Below are positions 43,736 through 53,026 of a DNA stretch of 64,000 nt, piece after piece. Made by a program: the position numbers and the translations under genes. The stretch is from a virus (Duplodnaviria > Caudoviricetes), in the IMG/VR virus record IMGVR_UViG_3300028532_000002, positions 17,052-81,051 of that record; one strand, given 5' to 3'. Below the pieces are notes generated by a model. That model ran no database searches, was not told where the DNA came from, and worked only from the letters and a program-made list of their open reading frames with translations. How positions within the stretch are numbered: position 1 is the stretch's first letter; each line of letters opens with the position of its first letter.

Positions 43736-44338
43736 TCAGGACGCGAGCGCGACCTCGTCGACGTACTCCACGGGGGAGGTTTCGGAGTCCACGAACATCG
43801 CGTTGAACACCACGGGGTACAGCCACAGGCCGTCCTTCTGATAGGCGCTCTCGACGTTCTCGATCGAGATGCACCGGTACAGGACGACACGGCGCCGCAT
43901 GTTGCCGCCGGGCGCCCACCCGTCCAGGACGATGGACAGCTCGTCGGGCAGGAACGCGTCCTGCCCGGCCTTCATCGTGAAGCGCCGGTATCCGGCGCCT
44001 TCAGTGATGAACTCGTCGGGGTCGTGGTTGAGGGCGATCGCGAGGTTGGCCAGGGTGCCCTGCGCGAGGCTGGTGGAGACCTGGGTGTCGCGCTCGGTCA
44101 GGCGCTGGCCGACGGCGTCGGCGACCTGGTCGACGCTCATCCTGAAGAACGACTGGTTGTTGGTGAGGGTGACGCCTCCGTCAGTCGCGCCGCAGTCGTG
44201 CCAGCCGTCCGCCTCCAGCAGCGGGTGGGCGACGTCCTCGGGGTCGGGCAGGGTGCTGATGCCGTACCGGCCGCGCCAGAGCTGGGCGGGTCCGGCCAGG
44301 ATGGTCTCCCGGTCGACGACTGCGCGGGGTCCACTCAT
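43736..44338 (-). CDS. Major tail protein
   Basis: ILAGPAQLW, GATDGGVTL, LAQGTLANLA, VENVESAYQKDG...PVVF. Confidence 0.85.
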   Translation of the reverse strand: MSGPRAVVDRETILAGPAQLWRGRYGISTLPDPEDVAHPLLEADGWHDCGATDGGVTLTNNQSFFRMSVDQVADAVGQRLTERDTQVSTSLAQGTLANLAIALNHDPDEFITEGAGYRRFTMKAGQDAFLPDELSIVLDGWAPGGNMRRRVVLYRCISIENVESAYQKDGLWLYPVVFNAMFVDSETSPVEYVDEVALAS

Positions 44339-44805
44339 GACTGCTCTCCTTCTTCGAGGTCGGCCTGCACCCAGTTCAGGGCGAGGTCCATGCGGTAGAG
44401 GGCGTAGGAGGAGGGGTCGGTGGGGATGCGGCGGAGCCCGCGGGGGATCGCTCCGGTGACCCGCGCGCCGTGCCATCCGGTGCGCAGGGTCAGGGGGGTG
44501 TTCAGGGAGAGCCCGGCGACGGCGGCGTTGGCGACGCGCTGGCCGAGGGCCGCGGCGAGCCCGTAGTCGGGGCGCAGGCTGTTGGGGTTCACGGCCCGGA
44601 ACTCGATCTGGTGCACGGACTCCCCCCACGGGACGGTGGGGTTCTGGGAGCCGGACACGTCGGGGCCCACCACGCAGAAACCCCGCTCCGCCCAGCTGTT
44701 CTGATCCTTGGGGAGCTGAGTGGAGCACATGCCCGGCGCCCAGTCGGGCAGGGACAGGATCCAGGCGACGGCGACGAGCTCGGAGGTGGCCGGGTGCAGG
44801 CTCAC
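44335..44805 (-). CDS. Tail terminator
   Basis: Position; ATSELVAVAWI...ALYRMDLALNW. Confidence 0.7.
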   Translation of the reverse strand: MSLHPATSELVAVAWILSLPDWAPGMCSTQLPKDQNSWAERGFCVVGPDVSGSQNPTVPWGESVHQIEFRAVNPNSLRPDYGLAAALGQRVANAAVAGLSLNTPLTLRTGWHGARVTGAIPRGLRRIPTDPSSYALYRMDLALNWVQADLEEGEQS

Positions 44806-45059
44806 AGTTCCTCGTCCTCCCCGCGCTCGGCCCCGCAGGTGAGGTCCATGTCGGTGGTCAGCGTCGCGGCGCGCAGCAGGCCGGCCACGTCCCACGGCTG
44901 GAGGCCGTCGGAGTAGCGCTGGGCGAGCGCGTAGGAGCCCATGCCCTCCCCCTCGGGGAGCAGGCACTTGACGATGACGAGGACCTCGACGGGCTGCCAC
45001 CCCTCGGGGAGGCCGTCGACCTCCACGCCGAACACGTGCTCGCGGTCGTCGGTGCTCAT
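44802..45059 (-). CDS. Hypothetical neck-region protein
   Basis: Overlapping stop/start with neighbours. Confidence 0.65.
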   Translation of the reverse strand: MSTDDREHVFGVEVDGLPEGWQPVEVLVIVKCLLPEGEGMGSYALAQRYSDGLQPWDVAGLLRAATLTTDMDLTCGAERGEDEEL

Positions 45060-45451
45060 GAGGTTCCCGATCCCTTGGGGCGTCCGCGGCGCTTGTACGC
45101 GGCCGGGCGCAGGGTCGGCTGCGCGGGCGTGCCCGGGTGCTGGACCACCGCGACGGGGTGGTCCGCGCCGGGCCACCACAGCGCTTCGGCGTGGACGGGG
45201 CGGATCTCGTGGGGGTCGGTGCCGAACTCGGGGTGGTCCGCGTAGTCCAGGGAGGAGCCGACGTTGCGCTCGCACTGGCGGGGCTTCTCGGTGCCGTAGG
45301 ACTCCGAGAGGCGGCCGGTGTCGATCGCGGCGCCGTCGCCGGCATCCTCGGCGATCGCCTCGGCCAAGGGCCCGACGGCGTTGCGGTCGACGGCGTCGTC
45401 GACGTGCTGCTCCCAGCCGCGGGCCATGACGACCCGCACGCGCTGTGTCAT
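45056..45451 (-). CDS. HK97 gp10-like neck protein
   Basis: IDTGRLSESY, YADHPEFGT, HPGTPAQPTLRPA. Confidence 0.8.
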   Translation of the reverse strand: MTQRVRVVMARGWEQHVDDAVDRNAVGPLAEAIAEDAGDGAAIDTGRLSESYGTEKPRQCERNVGSSLDYADHPEFGTDPHEIRPVHAEALWWPGADHPVAVVQHPGTPAQPTLRPAAYKRRGRPKGSGTS

Positions 45452-45523
45452 GCTCTGCTTCCCCCTGGGCCGTTTGCGGGCCGGATCGGGTGGTTCGGTT
45501 GTCCCTGCCTGGGCGGTTGCGGC

Positions 45524-45865
45524 TCAGGCGGGGGGTTGGTTGGACAGGTCCACGCAGGCGCAGACCTTGTCCACGAGCCACCCGGACAGGCGCGGCTGGT
45601 GGATCTCACGGACGGGGTAGATGCGGCCGGTGGCCTCGTCGACCAGGCGGTCGAGGGCGGCCACGTCCACGTCGCCGGGGACCTTGATCTTGATGTCGCG
45701 GACGGTGCGCGGGGCCCCGGTGGAGGGGTCCCAGATCCGCTGGGCGTGTTCGATCAGCTCGCCAGGCACACCCGTGGCGACGGTCTGCTCGGGGCCGGTG
45801 CCGGTGTAGTCGTCCACCGGCCCGTCGCGCAGCACCGTCCACGCGGTGTTGACCTGGCTGGTCAT
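45524..45865 (-). CDS. Head-to-tail stopper/closure protein
   Basis: Position; DRLVDEATGRIYPV. Confidence 0.7.
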   Translation of the reverse strand: MTSQVNTAWTVLRDGPVDDYTGTGPEQTVATGVPGELIEHAQRIWDPSTGAPRTVRDIKIKVPGDVDVAALDRLVDEATGRIYPVREIHQPRLSGWLVDKVCACVDLSNQPPA

Positions 45866-46215
45866 CAGACGGCCGGGGTCTCGGTGTCCGGCGTCGCCTT
45901 CGTCTTGCTGCGGGTACGTGCGGGCGCGGCCGGGGTCGCGGTCTCGGCGTCCTTAGCGGCCTGGATGGCGGCGAGCTGCTCGGCGACTCGCTGATCCACG
46001 AGGGCGTCCACATCCACCTGCGGGGCCGCGGGGGCGGGGGTGTCGGCGCGCTGCCACTTCGCGGAGCGGTCCAGGGTGGTGAGCAGGCGCTGCTGGCGGC
46101 CCTGGATCTTGCGGGTGTGCTGGGGGTTGCGGCCGGTCAGCTCGTGCGGGGAGGCGACCTCCTGCACGTGGCCGGTGGGCTTGCCGCCGCGGTACAGCTG
46201 GAAGTGGATGGGCAT
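45865..46215 (-). CDS. Hypothetical head-tail region protein
   Basis: TGATG overlaps at both ends. Confidence 0.65.
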   Translation of the reverse strand: MPIHFQLYRGGKPTGHVQEVASPHELTGRNPQHTRKIQGRQQRLLTTLDRSAKWQRADTPAPAAPQVDVDALVDQRVAEQLAAIQAAKDAETATPAAPARTRSKTKATPDTETPAV

Positions 46216-46643
46216 CACGAGTCTCCAAACATGGTGTGGATCTGGTTGCGGTAGGGGTAGAGGAGCCGCTCGGGGAGGTCGATGGTCATGTCGATGCCGG
46301 ACAGGGCTCCGAGGCCGACGGCGCCGCGGATGATCTCCGCCTCCTCCTCGGTGGCGTAGAGGGTGTCCTGGCCTTCGGCGACCTGCCACCGGAAGACGGT
46401 GTCGGTGCCCTCGGTGGTGAAGCCGTGGGGGTTCTCGACGGCGCGGCGGACCATCTCGTAGGCGACCCGGCGGACGGCCACGGGCACGGTCTCGTGGGTG
46501 GCCTCGTCTAGGTGGCCGTCGGCGATGTCGCGCACGAGCCCGGACACGTCCTCGCAGTGCGCCTGTACCTGGGTCAGCCAGGAGTCGGCGAAGGTGCGGC
46601 GCATGCGGGCGCCCACTTGCTCGGGTGTGATCAGGTCAGCCAC
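46215..46643 (-). CDS. Head-to-tail adaptor
   Basis: GGAGG RBS; MVRRAVENPHGFTTEG...LYATEEE resembles actinophage adaptors. Confidence 0.75.
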   Translation of the reverse strand: MADLITPEQVGARMRRTFADSWLTQVQAHCEDVSGLVRDIADGHLDEATHETVPVAVRRVAYEMVRRAVENPHGFTTEGTDTVFRWQVAEGQDTLYATEEEAEIIRGAVGLGALSGIDMTIDLPERLLYPYRNQIHTMFGDS

Positions 46644-46716
46644 CCGGCACCTCCTCCACTGGGTTGGGGTGCGGGGCGGACGCGACCGGAGAAGGGACGC
46701 CCGCCCCGCACGTTCA

Positions 46717-47583
46717 TCAGGACACGTCGTCGTTGCCGATGACGACGGCCCGGTCGGCATCGACCAGCGCCGCACCCGCGAAGGTCGAAAGAAGCGACCG
46801 GTCGGTGGCGGTCGTCGGGTCGAACATGTAGATGTGGCGGAGCGAAATGCCCTCTTCCACGGCGGTGGAGGACTGGGTGGCGCCCTCGGGGTCGGCCGGC
46901 GCGCTGTTCGCGAACGCGAACGAGCTCTCGTGGTAGAGGACGCCGCGGGTGCCGGTCAGCGCGGCGGTCTCGACGACGTTGAACCCTCGGTAGCGGCCGA
47001 TCCGCGCCTCGGTGAGCGCGGTCGGGGTGGGCGGGGAGTCGAACGGGGTCAGGTTGGGCTTGCCGAGCAGGATCTCGGCCAGCGCGGGGGACGCGGCGAG
47101 CCAGCGGCCCTCCATGGGGACGTGGTTGCGGCCCAGGTCGGCGCGGCCGGACAGGATCGCGGCGTCGATGTTGGAGGTGGCTCCGCCGGTGACCTCGTAC
47201 TCGATCGGCAGGGCGTTCATGACGTCCGCGAGGACGTCTTCGGCGCCGACGGCGACCGCGCGCACCTGCGGCATGACGACCTGGGTCGTGAAGTTCTCGA
47301 TGTCCAGGGTGCGCTGCTGGAGGGTGATGCGCGCGCCGTCGTAGATGTGCTCCAGGCCCGTCTCGACGGGGATCTCGGAGATCTCGGAGAAGTCCAGGGT
47401 GTCGCCCGGGTTCTCCTGGATCTTGGCGTCCCGGGGTACCGGGACGCGGATGATCACGGAGCCGCCGGAGGGGCCGGAGTACTCGTCCGAGGGGACCCGG
47501 GAGACCGTCATGGGCAGGGCCAGACGGCGGGTCAGGAGCGATACGGCCAGTCGCGAGATGCGGCTGGAGGTGACAAGCGCCAT
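46717..47583 (-). CDS. Major capsid protein
   Basis: Follows scaffold; EGISLRHIYMFD...SLLSTFAGA motif typical of actinophage HK97-fold capsids. Confidence 0.85.
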   Translation of the reverse strand: MALVTSSRISRLAVSLLTRRLALPMTVSRVPSDEYSGPSGGSVIIRVPVPRDAKIQENPGDTLDFSEISEIPVETGLEHIYDGARITLQQRTLDIENFTTQVVMPQVRAVAVGAEDVLADVMNALPIEYEVTGGATSNIDAAILSGRADLGRNHVPMEGRWLAASPALAEILLGKPNLTPFDSPPTPTALTEARIGRYRGFNVVETAALTGTRGVLYHESSFAFANSAPADPEGATQSSTAVEEGISLRHIYMFDPTTATDRSLLSTFAGAALVDADRAVVIGNDDVS

Positions 47584-47615
47584 GGGTCAGTCCTCCCGGA
47601 CCCACGGCGGCGGCG

Positions 47616-48263
47616 TCACCGACCGTAGGTCTGCTTCATGGCCTTGGCGACGAGCTCGTCGTCGGTGGGGCCGTCGTCCGCGCCGGAGGCTCCGCCTCGG
47701 AGCTTCTCGGTGGGACGGGTGGTCTTCTTGGGTTCGGGGGAGGTTTCGGGGGTCGGCTCGGTGTCGCCGGCGGGCTTGTCGAGGCCGAACAGGGTCTTGA
47801 TCTTGGCGGCGTCGTTGAGCAGCGCTTCCTTGGTCTTGCCGCGGAGACGTGTGGCCTGCTCGGTGGTCAGGCCGGTCTCTTCGGCGACGGTCGCGATGAG
47901 GACCTTGCGTTCGGCTGCCGCGGTCTTCTCCTCGGCTGCGGTCACGCGGGCGGCGAGTTCGTCCAGCTGGGCCTTGGTGGCGGTGCCTTCGGCCTTGGCC
48001 TTCTCCAGTTGCCTGAAGTTGGTCTTGGCCCGGTCCTCCTGCCTTTTCAGGAGGGCCTTGTACTTGCGGGCTTCCGCTTCCCAGTCCGTGCCGTCGGCGG
48101 GGGCGTCGTCCTCCTGGGTGGAGGCGGTGTCCTCGTCGGTGTCGGCGCTGGTGCTCTCGGCGGCGGTCTCGGTGGTCTCGTCCCGTTCCGGGGCGGTCTC
48201 CGTGGACTGCTGCTCCTGCTCCTGCTCTTCGCTCTGTTCGGTTGTCTCGTCGTGCTCGCTCAT
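47616..48263 (-). CDS. Capsid scaffolding protein
   Basis: Acidic N-terminus, coiled coil, RLRGKTKEALLNDA, PTEKLRGGA; frame extends to ATG 48479. Confidence 0.85.
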   Translation of the reverse strand: MSEHDETTEQSEEQEQEQQSTETAPERDETTETAAESTSADTDEDTASTQEDDAPADGTDWEAEARKYKALLKRQEDRAKTNFRQLEKAKAEGTATKAQLDELAARVTAAEEKTAAAERKVLIATVAEETGLTTEQATRLRGKTKEALLNDAAKIKTLFGLDKPAGDTEPTPETSPEPKKTTRPTEKLRGGASGADDGPTDDELVAKAMKQTYGR

Positions 48264-48475
48264 GCGGTCCCGTTCCGGGTGTGTCGTGGCCGTTTCGGCG
48301 CTGTCTTCCGCTTCTGCGTGTGCTGTTGTGGAGTCGCCCGTTTCGGGCTCCTCTGCCTCGGATGATACCCCAATGGAATCACCATTGGCTTGTTGATGCG
48401 TTTCAGGTATCACGGCCGCCACGGCGAGGGCCTCCTCGGCTTCGAGCGCTTCCACGGCCTCTTTGACCTGCTGGT

Positions 48476-48742
48476 TCATGGGTTGAGCCTTCCTGTGGTG
48501 GTGTCCCAGGTGTCCGGGATCAGGTTGAGGAGCCCCAGCGCGCGCGCCCGACGGACGATGAATCGTCGCACCAATGCGCGTTGGGTATCAGTCGCCGGGC
48601 TCACCCGGCCGACGGCGCGGATCGCGTTCTCCAGGTCGGTGCGGTTACGGATGGGGAAGCGGCCCGGGGCGCCGTCGCGCCCCGGGAGCGCCCGGCCCTG
48701 CTGGGCCAGGCGCCGCCGCTCCCCCGCGCCCGGGTCAGCCAC
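48476..48742 (-). CDS. Small head-module protein (DUF6582-like, uncertain)
   Basis: GRFPIRNRTDLENAIRAVGR...RRARALGLLNLIPDTW. Confidence 0.6.
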   Translation of the reverse strand: MADPGAGERRRLAQQGRALPGRDGAPGRFPIRNRTDLENAIRAVGRVSPATDTQRALVRRFIVRRARALGLLNLIPDTWDTTTGRLNP

Positions 48743-49913
48743 GGACGGCCACCCGGAACACGAACTTCTTCCCGCTGTCGACGGTGTCGGTGTGCTCCAC
48801 GTCGCCGCACGGCACACGCCCGGCGTCCAGGGCGCGGCGCAGCACGACGCGGGCCTGCCGGTCCAGCCACGTCTGGTCGACCCGGTCGGGGCGCACCGCG
48901 GGGACGGTGAGCTCGAAGTGCTCGCGCTCGTCCTCCTCCTGGGCGGAGGCGTCGGGGTCGCCGGCCGGGACGGCGGCGCCCGCCTCGGCGTCCTTGTGCT
49001 CGGGTTCGGCGTCGGCCGCGCGCAGCCGCTCGACGAGCTCGGCCTTGTTGCCGGTGGTGGGCAGGCCGCGCTTCTTCGCGCGCTCGCGCAGGTCCGCGAC
49101 GAGCAGCTCCTCGTAGTCCACGGCGCTGGTGTCGGTCATCGGGGTCTCCTCCATGGGTGGGCCCAGCGGGGCGCCGGGCTCGGACAGGATCAGGCGCATC
49201 GCGCCCGGGTCGGGGACAGTGGCGGCGGTGCGCGGCAGGATGCCCGCCGCGGGGGTGTGGCCGGCGGCCTCCTTGTAGCGCAGGGCCAGGGCGGTGTTCA
49301 CGGCCCGGCCGTGCCCGTGCTTGTCCGCAGAGGGCGGGTGCCACAGGTGGTAGGCGCGGCCGGGGATGCGGGCGCCGGGGCCGCCGGTGAGGGTGTGGAC
49401 GGCGTACTGGTAGGCGCGGTCCTCCCCTCCCCACGCGCTCATGCGCTCGTCGTGGCCGCCCACGAGGGCGTTGACGTCGGCGCGCACGGCGATGCACCCG
49501 GACGGGGCGTCGGCGACCAGGCGCTCGGCGGGGTGGGTCGGCATGCGTGCGTCGGGCCCGTGCTCGAGAATCCGGCGGGTGGCGGCGCGGGGCAGGCGCA
49601 CGAGGTCGATGTAGGCGTGCACGAGGCGGCCGGTGGTGTGCGCGGCCTCGGCGGCGGCGTGCAGCTGGTCGATGGGGACAACGGTGTCGGCGTCCGCGAA
49701 CACCAGCACCTGCGCGCCGTCGTTGCGGGCGCGGGCGGCGGCGTCGTTGCGGGCGGCGGCACGGGATGGCCCGGTGCCGTAGACGACGGTGAGGCCGTAC
49801 CGCTCCCAGTACGCGCGCGTCCACTCCCGGGCCGCCTCCCGGTGGGGGCAGCCCGTGGGGAACCAGGGCACGCACACGGCCATGCGCGGGGACTCGCGCA
49901 CGAACACGGTCAT
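48735..49913 (-). CDS. Glycosyltransferase (GT2/GT7C-like) fused to HeH/SAP-like domain
   Basis: FADADT, GGHDERMSAWGGED; C-terminal YEELLVADLRERAKKRGLPTTGNKAELVERL. Confidence 0.85.
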   Translation of the reverse strand: MTVFVRESPRMAVCVPWFPTGCPHREAAREWTRAYWERYGLTVVYGTGPSRAAARNDAAARARNDGAQVLVFADADTVVPIDQLHAAAEAAHTTGRLVHAYIDLVRLPRAATRRILEHGPDARMPTHPAERLVADAPSGCIAVRADVNALVGGHDERMSAWGGEDRAYQYAVHTLTGGPGARIPGRAYHLWHPPSADKHGHGRAVNTALALRYKEAAGHTPAAGILPRTAATVPDPGAMRLILSEPGAPLGPPMEETPMTDTSAVDYEELLVADLRERAKKRGLPTTGNKAELVERLRAADAEPEHKDAEAGAAVPAGDPDASAQEEDEREHFELTVPAVRPDRVDQTWLDRQARVVLRRALDAGRVPCGDVEHTDTVDSGKKFVFRVAVRG

Positions 49914-50257
49914 TTCAGCCCGCGGTCGCGCCGGTCGATGCAGTCGGCCAGGGCCATCCACTCGCGGGCGGCCTCGATCTTGCGACGCGCGGCACCTTCG
50001 TTGACCATGGGCGCGGTGGCGGCCGTGAGTGCGTCGGCCGCGGCGGTGACGGCCTGGACGAAGGTGGGCATCTGCCCCTTCTCGCGGGGCGTCGGGTCGG
50101 TGGCCATGGGGTTCTCCTGGTGTCGGTAGTCGGGGCCGGGGATGAGGAGTCCGCCGCGCTGGAAGCGCTCGGCCTCCACAGGCTTCGGGGCCGCGGGGTC
50201 GCGGGGAAGGGATTCCTGCTGCTGCTCGCGGATGGGCCCGGGGTTGGGGACGGCCAC
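49910..50257 (-). CDS. Hypothetical protein
   Basis: GGAGGA RBS for GTG 50257; alternative ATG 50107 also has an RBS. Confidence 0.55.
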   Translation of the reverse strand: MAVPNPGPIREQQQESLPRDPAAPKPVEAERFQRGGLLIPGPDYRHQENPMATDPTPREKGQMPTFVQAVTAAADALTAATAPMVNEGAARRKIEAAREWMALADCIDRRDRGLK

Positions 50258-50259
50258 GG

Positions 50260-50577
50260 TCAGTCCTCCGGGTGGTGCCAGGTGCCGCCGAGGTACACGC
50301 GGGTGCCGGTGTGGCAGCGGGCGCCGGGGGCGTCGCCGGCCGGGTCGCCGGGGGCGCCGGGCACGCGCGGCGTGAAGAACATTCCGGTGGGGTTCAGCAC
50401 GGCCAGGCCGACGCCGTGGTCGGACTCGCCAGCGGGCGCAGACCAGTCGTGCACCTGCGTGACGACCGCGGCCCGGCACACCGACGGATACGCCTGGGTT
50501 CCGTCGGGGCGCACCGGGGTGCCGTGGGCGACGTAGTGCACGGTGTCGCCCACGTGGGGCGGCCAGTGTGCGGCCAT
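50260..50577 (-). CDS. Conserved-type actinophage small protein
   Basis: PHVGDTVHYV...CRAAVVT...GLAVLNPTGMFF. Confidence 0.75.
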   Translation of the reverse strand: MAAHWPPHVGDTVHYVAHGTPVRPDGTQAYPSVCRAAVVTQVHDWSAPAGESDHGVGLAVLNPTGMFFTPRVPGAPGDPAGDAPGARCHTGTRVYLGGTWHHPED

Positions 50578-50579
50578 GG

Positions 50580-50957
50580 TCAGGCTTCCTTCGCGCGGGC
50601 GCGGCGCAGGGCGTCGACCGCCTCGGCCTCGGTGGCGGTGAGCTGGTAGGTGGTGCGGAGCGTGTGGGTCTCCCCGCGGTACTCGGCCAGGGCCTGGCGG
50701 AGGCCGTTCTCGTCGCGGTCGTAGGAGCGCCACCACTCCATGGCCTGCCACACAGGGGCGAGCCGGTCGGTGGACGCCTCGACGCGGGCTCCGGCGGCGC
50801 GCAGGGTCGCGAGCACGCCTGCGGTCTCGGCGGCGGCGTCCTCCGCGTAGCCGAGTTCGGCGAGGGCGGTGACCATGTCGGACAGGTCGTCGGCGCGGGT
50901 GGCGAGCGCCGCGAGGGTCCGGGCGTCGCAGAGGTAGTTGAACGATCCGCCGCTCAC
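50580..50957 (-). CDS. Hypothetical protein
   Basis: MSGGSFNYL...VWQAMEWWRSYD; GGAGGA RBS. Confidence 0.7.
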   Translation of the reverse strand: MSGGSFNYLCDARTLAALATRADDLSDMVTALAELGYAEDAAAETAGVLATLRAAGARVEASTDRLAPVWQAMEWWRSYDRDENGLRQALAEYRGETHTLRTTYQLTATEAEAVDALRRARAKEA

Positions 50958-51157
50958 GAGCGTCCTCCCGGGTAGAAGAGCGCTTCGGGGGCGAACTCCT
51001 CTGCAGTGAGGAGGCTGCGCAGGCCGGTCCAGACGGCGCGCTCCGTCTCGTCGCCCTCCTCGGTGCCGAGGGCGACCTTGGCAGCCTGGCGGAGGGCCTT
51101 GAGCTCGTCCGTGGTGAGCGTGAGCGTGTGGGTGACGGTGGTGGCGATCTTGGCCAT
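50954..51157 (-). CDS. Small hypothetical protein
   Basis: Overlapping stop/start. Confidence 0.6.
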   Translation of the reverse strand: MAKIATTVTHTLTLTTDELKALRQAAKVALGTEEGDETERAVWTGLRSLLTAEEFAPEALFYPGGRS

Positions 51158-51159
51158 GC

Positions 51160-51426
51160 TCAGGACTCCCTGGCCTGGTCAGCTGCGGCGAGGGCCTCGT
51201 GCTCCTCGGGCCGGTAGATGCGGGTGGTCGCGATCCGGTCGCAGGTGCCGACGTCTCCGGGGACGTTCGGGTGCTGACCGCCGAGGACGATCCGGTCGGC
51301 GCCGACCGCGATGAGAATGCCGACGTGGCGGACCTCGCCGGGGGTGGAGACGACGACGGGGTGGCCGATGAGGTGCCAGTACTTGGTGGGGTCGTCGGGG
51401 ACCCCAGTGGGAAGGAACTTCGTCAT
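51160..51426 (-). CDS. Small hypothetical protein (SH3/Sm-like)
   Basis: GGAG RBS; LIGHPVVV...VGILIAV. Confidence 0.6.
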   Translation of the reverse strand: MTKFLPTGVPDDPTKYWHLIGHPVVVSTPGEVRHVGILIAVGADRIVLGGQHPNVPGDVGTCDRIATTRIYRPEEHEALAAADQARES

Positions 51427-51590
51427 GGTGTTCTCCGGTCGGTTTCGTGTGTGGTTTCGGAAGCAGATCAGCGGCCTAGGTTCCGTTGTTCTCGCGGCCT
51501 TCGGAGGCCAGATCAGCGAATCGGGCGCCCTTCTTCCGACGGGGCATCAGCACCACTCCGCGGCGAATTGGGTGAGCCACTCGGCGCGGG

Positions 51591-52937
51591 TTAGACGGCG
51601 GTAAGTTCGGCTGCGCGCGCGACCGGCTGGGCGGCCGGGTCGGCGTCGGTGTTGTCGAGGTCGTGGTCGCCGTCGGCGGTTCCGTCGCGGGCGGCCTGGC
51701 GGTCGCGTTCGGCGCGGGCCTCGATCCACCGGTCGACGGTGGACTGGGAGACGCCGGGCACCATCTCGTACAGCTCCTGCACGGGCACGTCGAGCTTCTC
51801 GCCGAGGATCTCCAGGGCGGACACGACAAGGCCCAGGCGTCGGGCCGCAGTGTCCTTCCACATGACCTCGGCGAGCGGGTCGTCGGGGATGCCGGCCATC
51901 TCTCCGGCGCGGCCGAGGAGTTGTTCGTGCCCCTCCCCCAGGGCGGTCTCGCGTTCGATGAGCTTGCGGTCGGTGGCGGCGTTGACGGCGTCGAGGGCTT
52001 CGGCGCTGATCTGCACGATCTGGCCGAGGAGTTCGTTGGCGGGGGTCTGGGAGATGACGGCGAGGTGGCGCAAGGTGGCCTCGCGGGAGTCGATGTAGGG
52101 GTCCAGGGGCACCGGGTCGAACTGCCCCAGGGCCACCTCGCCGGGCTTCTTGGGGATGGTCAGCAGGTTCGCCGCGGCGGCCTTGACCCTGTCGGCGCCC
52201 TTGGCAAGCCAGCCGATGATGTACCGCTGGCCGTGCGCCCCGTAGTGCTGGGCCACGAGCAGGAGGAAAGTCGTGATGTTGATCTGGTCCTGGAGGTCCA
52301 TCAGCGGTTCGATGGTGCCGACCACGGGGTCGTCGAGGTCGACGGTGGGCAGGTAGCGGACGATGGGGCACACGCCCTGGTCGTGCGACTCGGTGTCGCG
52401 GTGGTCGAAGCCGCCCTGGCCGAGGTAGAGGGTGTGCACGTCCTGGTTGTCGTAGAGGCGCCACTGGCCGTGGTGGCGCTTCTCCAGGGCGAACTCCGGC
52501 CAGACGTCGTCGTCGCCGTAGGCCGCGGTGAGCTGGCGGGGGGAGGCTCCGCGCAGAACGGGGACGGGCTCGCCCGGGAGGGTGATGCCGTAGGCGGCCC
52601 CGTAGGTGGAGGCGGCGCGGGTGATGCCGAGCTGGCGGGAGTCGAACTGGTTGCGCTGCCAGATGTCCCACACCGCCTTGGCGTGGCCGGTGTTCTCGCG
52701 CCGGTACCCGTCGACGTACAGGGACTGAGTCTCCGATTCGGGGACCAACCTGAGGATGTTGACCTTCGCGATGTTGGCGAGGGCCTTCAGCTCCAGGGGG
52801 GCGTCCGGCGGGAGCCAGGTCAGTTCGGGTTCGCCGCGCACGTACATGCGGATCTTGTCGAGGCGCTCCTTCTCGCGGCCTCGGATCTTCAGCAGCTCCT
52901 GGGCGCGTGCCTGGACCTGGTCTGGTGTGAGCGCCAC
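51591..52937 (-). CDS. Portal protein (SPP1 gp6-like)
   Basis: Downstream of TerL; YGAAY, GVCPIVRY, MDLQDQIN, ISAEAL. Confidence 0.9.
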   Translation of the reverse strand: MALTPDQVQARAQELLKIRGREKERLDKIRMYVRGEPELTWLPPDAPLELKALANIAKVNILRLVPESETQSLYVDGYRRENTGHAKAVWDIWQRNQFDSRQLGITRAASTYGAAYGITLPGEPVPVLRGASPRQLTAAYGDDDVWPEFALEKRHHGQWRLYDNQDVHTLYLGQGGFDHRDTESHDQGVCPIVRYLPTVDLDDPVVGTIEPLMDLQDQINITTFLLLVAQHYGAHGQRYIIGWLAKGADRVKAAAANLLTIPKKPGEVALGQFDPVPLDPYIDSREATLRHLAVISQTPANELLGQIVQISAEALDAVNAATDRKLIERETALGEGHEQLLGRAGEMAGIPDDPLAEVMWKDTAARRLGLVVSALEILGEKLDVPVQELYEMVPGVSQSTVDRWIEARAERDRQAARDGTADGDHDLDNTDADPAAQPVARAAELTAV

Positions 52938-53026
52938 CTGTTACCCCCCGGTGTTGGCGTCTACCACGGATGATAGCTGTGGGGTATCAACATCCAGGTT
53001 TTGATGCCGTGGGGGTATGGGCGGAG

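Noticed and set aside
48264-48479. 72-aa N-terminal extension of the scaffold from ATG 48479
   Set aside because: Lower-GC, atypical codons; it has an RBS-like sequence so cannot be excluded, but ATG 48263 gives a typical scaffold
51456-51517. Imperfect direct repeat TTCGGA(A/GG)...CAGATCAGC and a 23-aa ORF after the portal
   Set aside because: Only two short copies and no supporting context
52938-53026. Structured ncRNA between terL and portal; tRNA or rRNA genes anywhere in the window
   Set aside because: No convincing stem pattern, T-loop or anticodon arm recognised by eye; a tRNAscan/Infernal run would settle it
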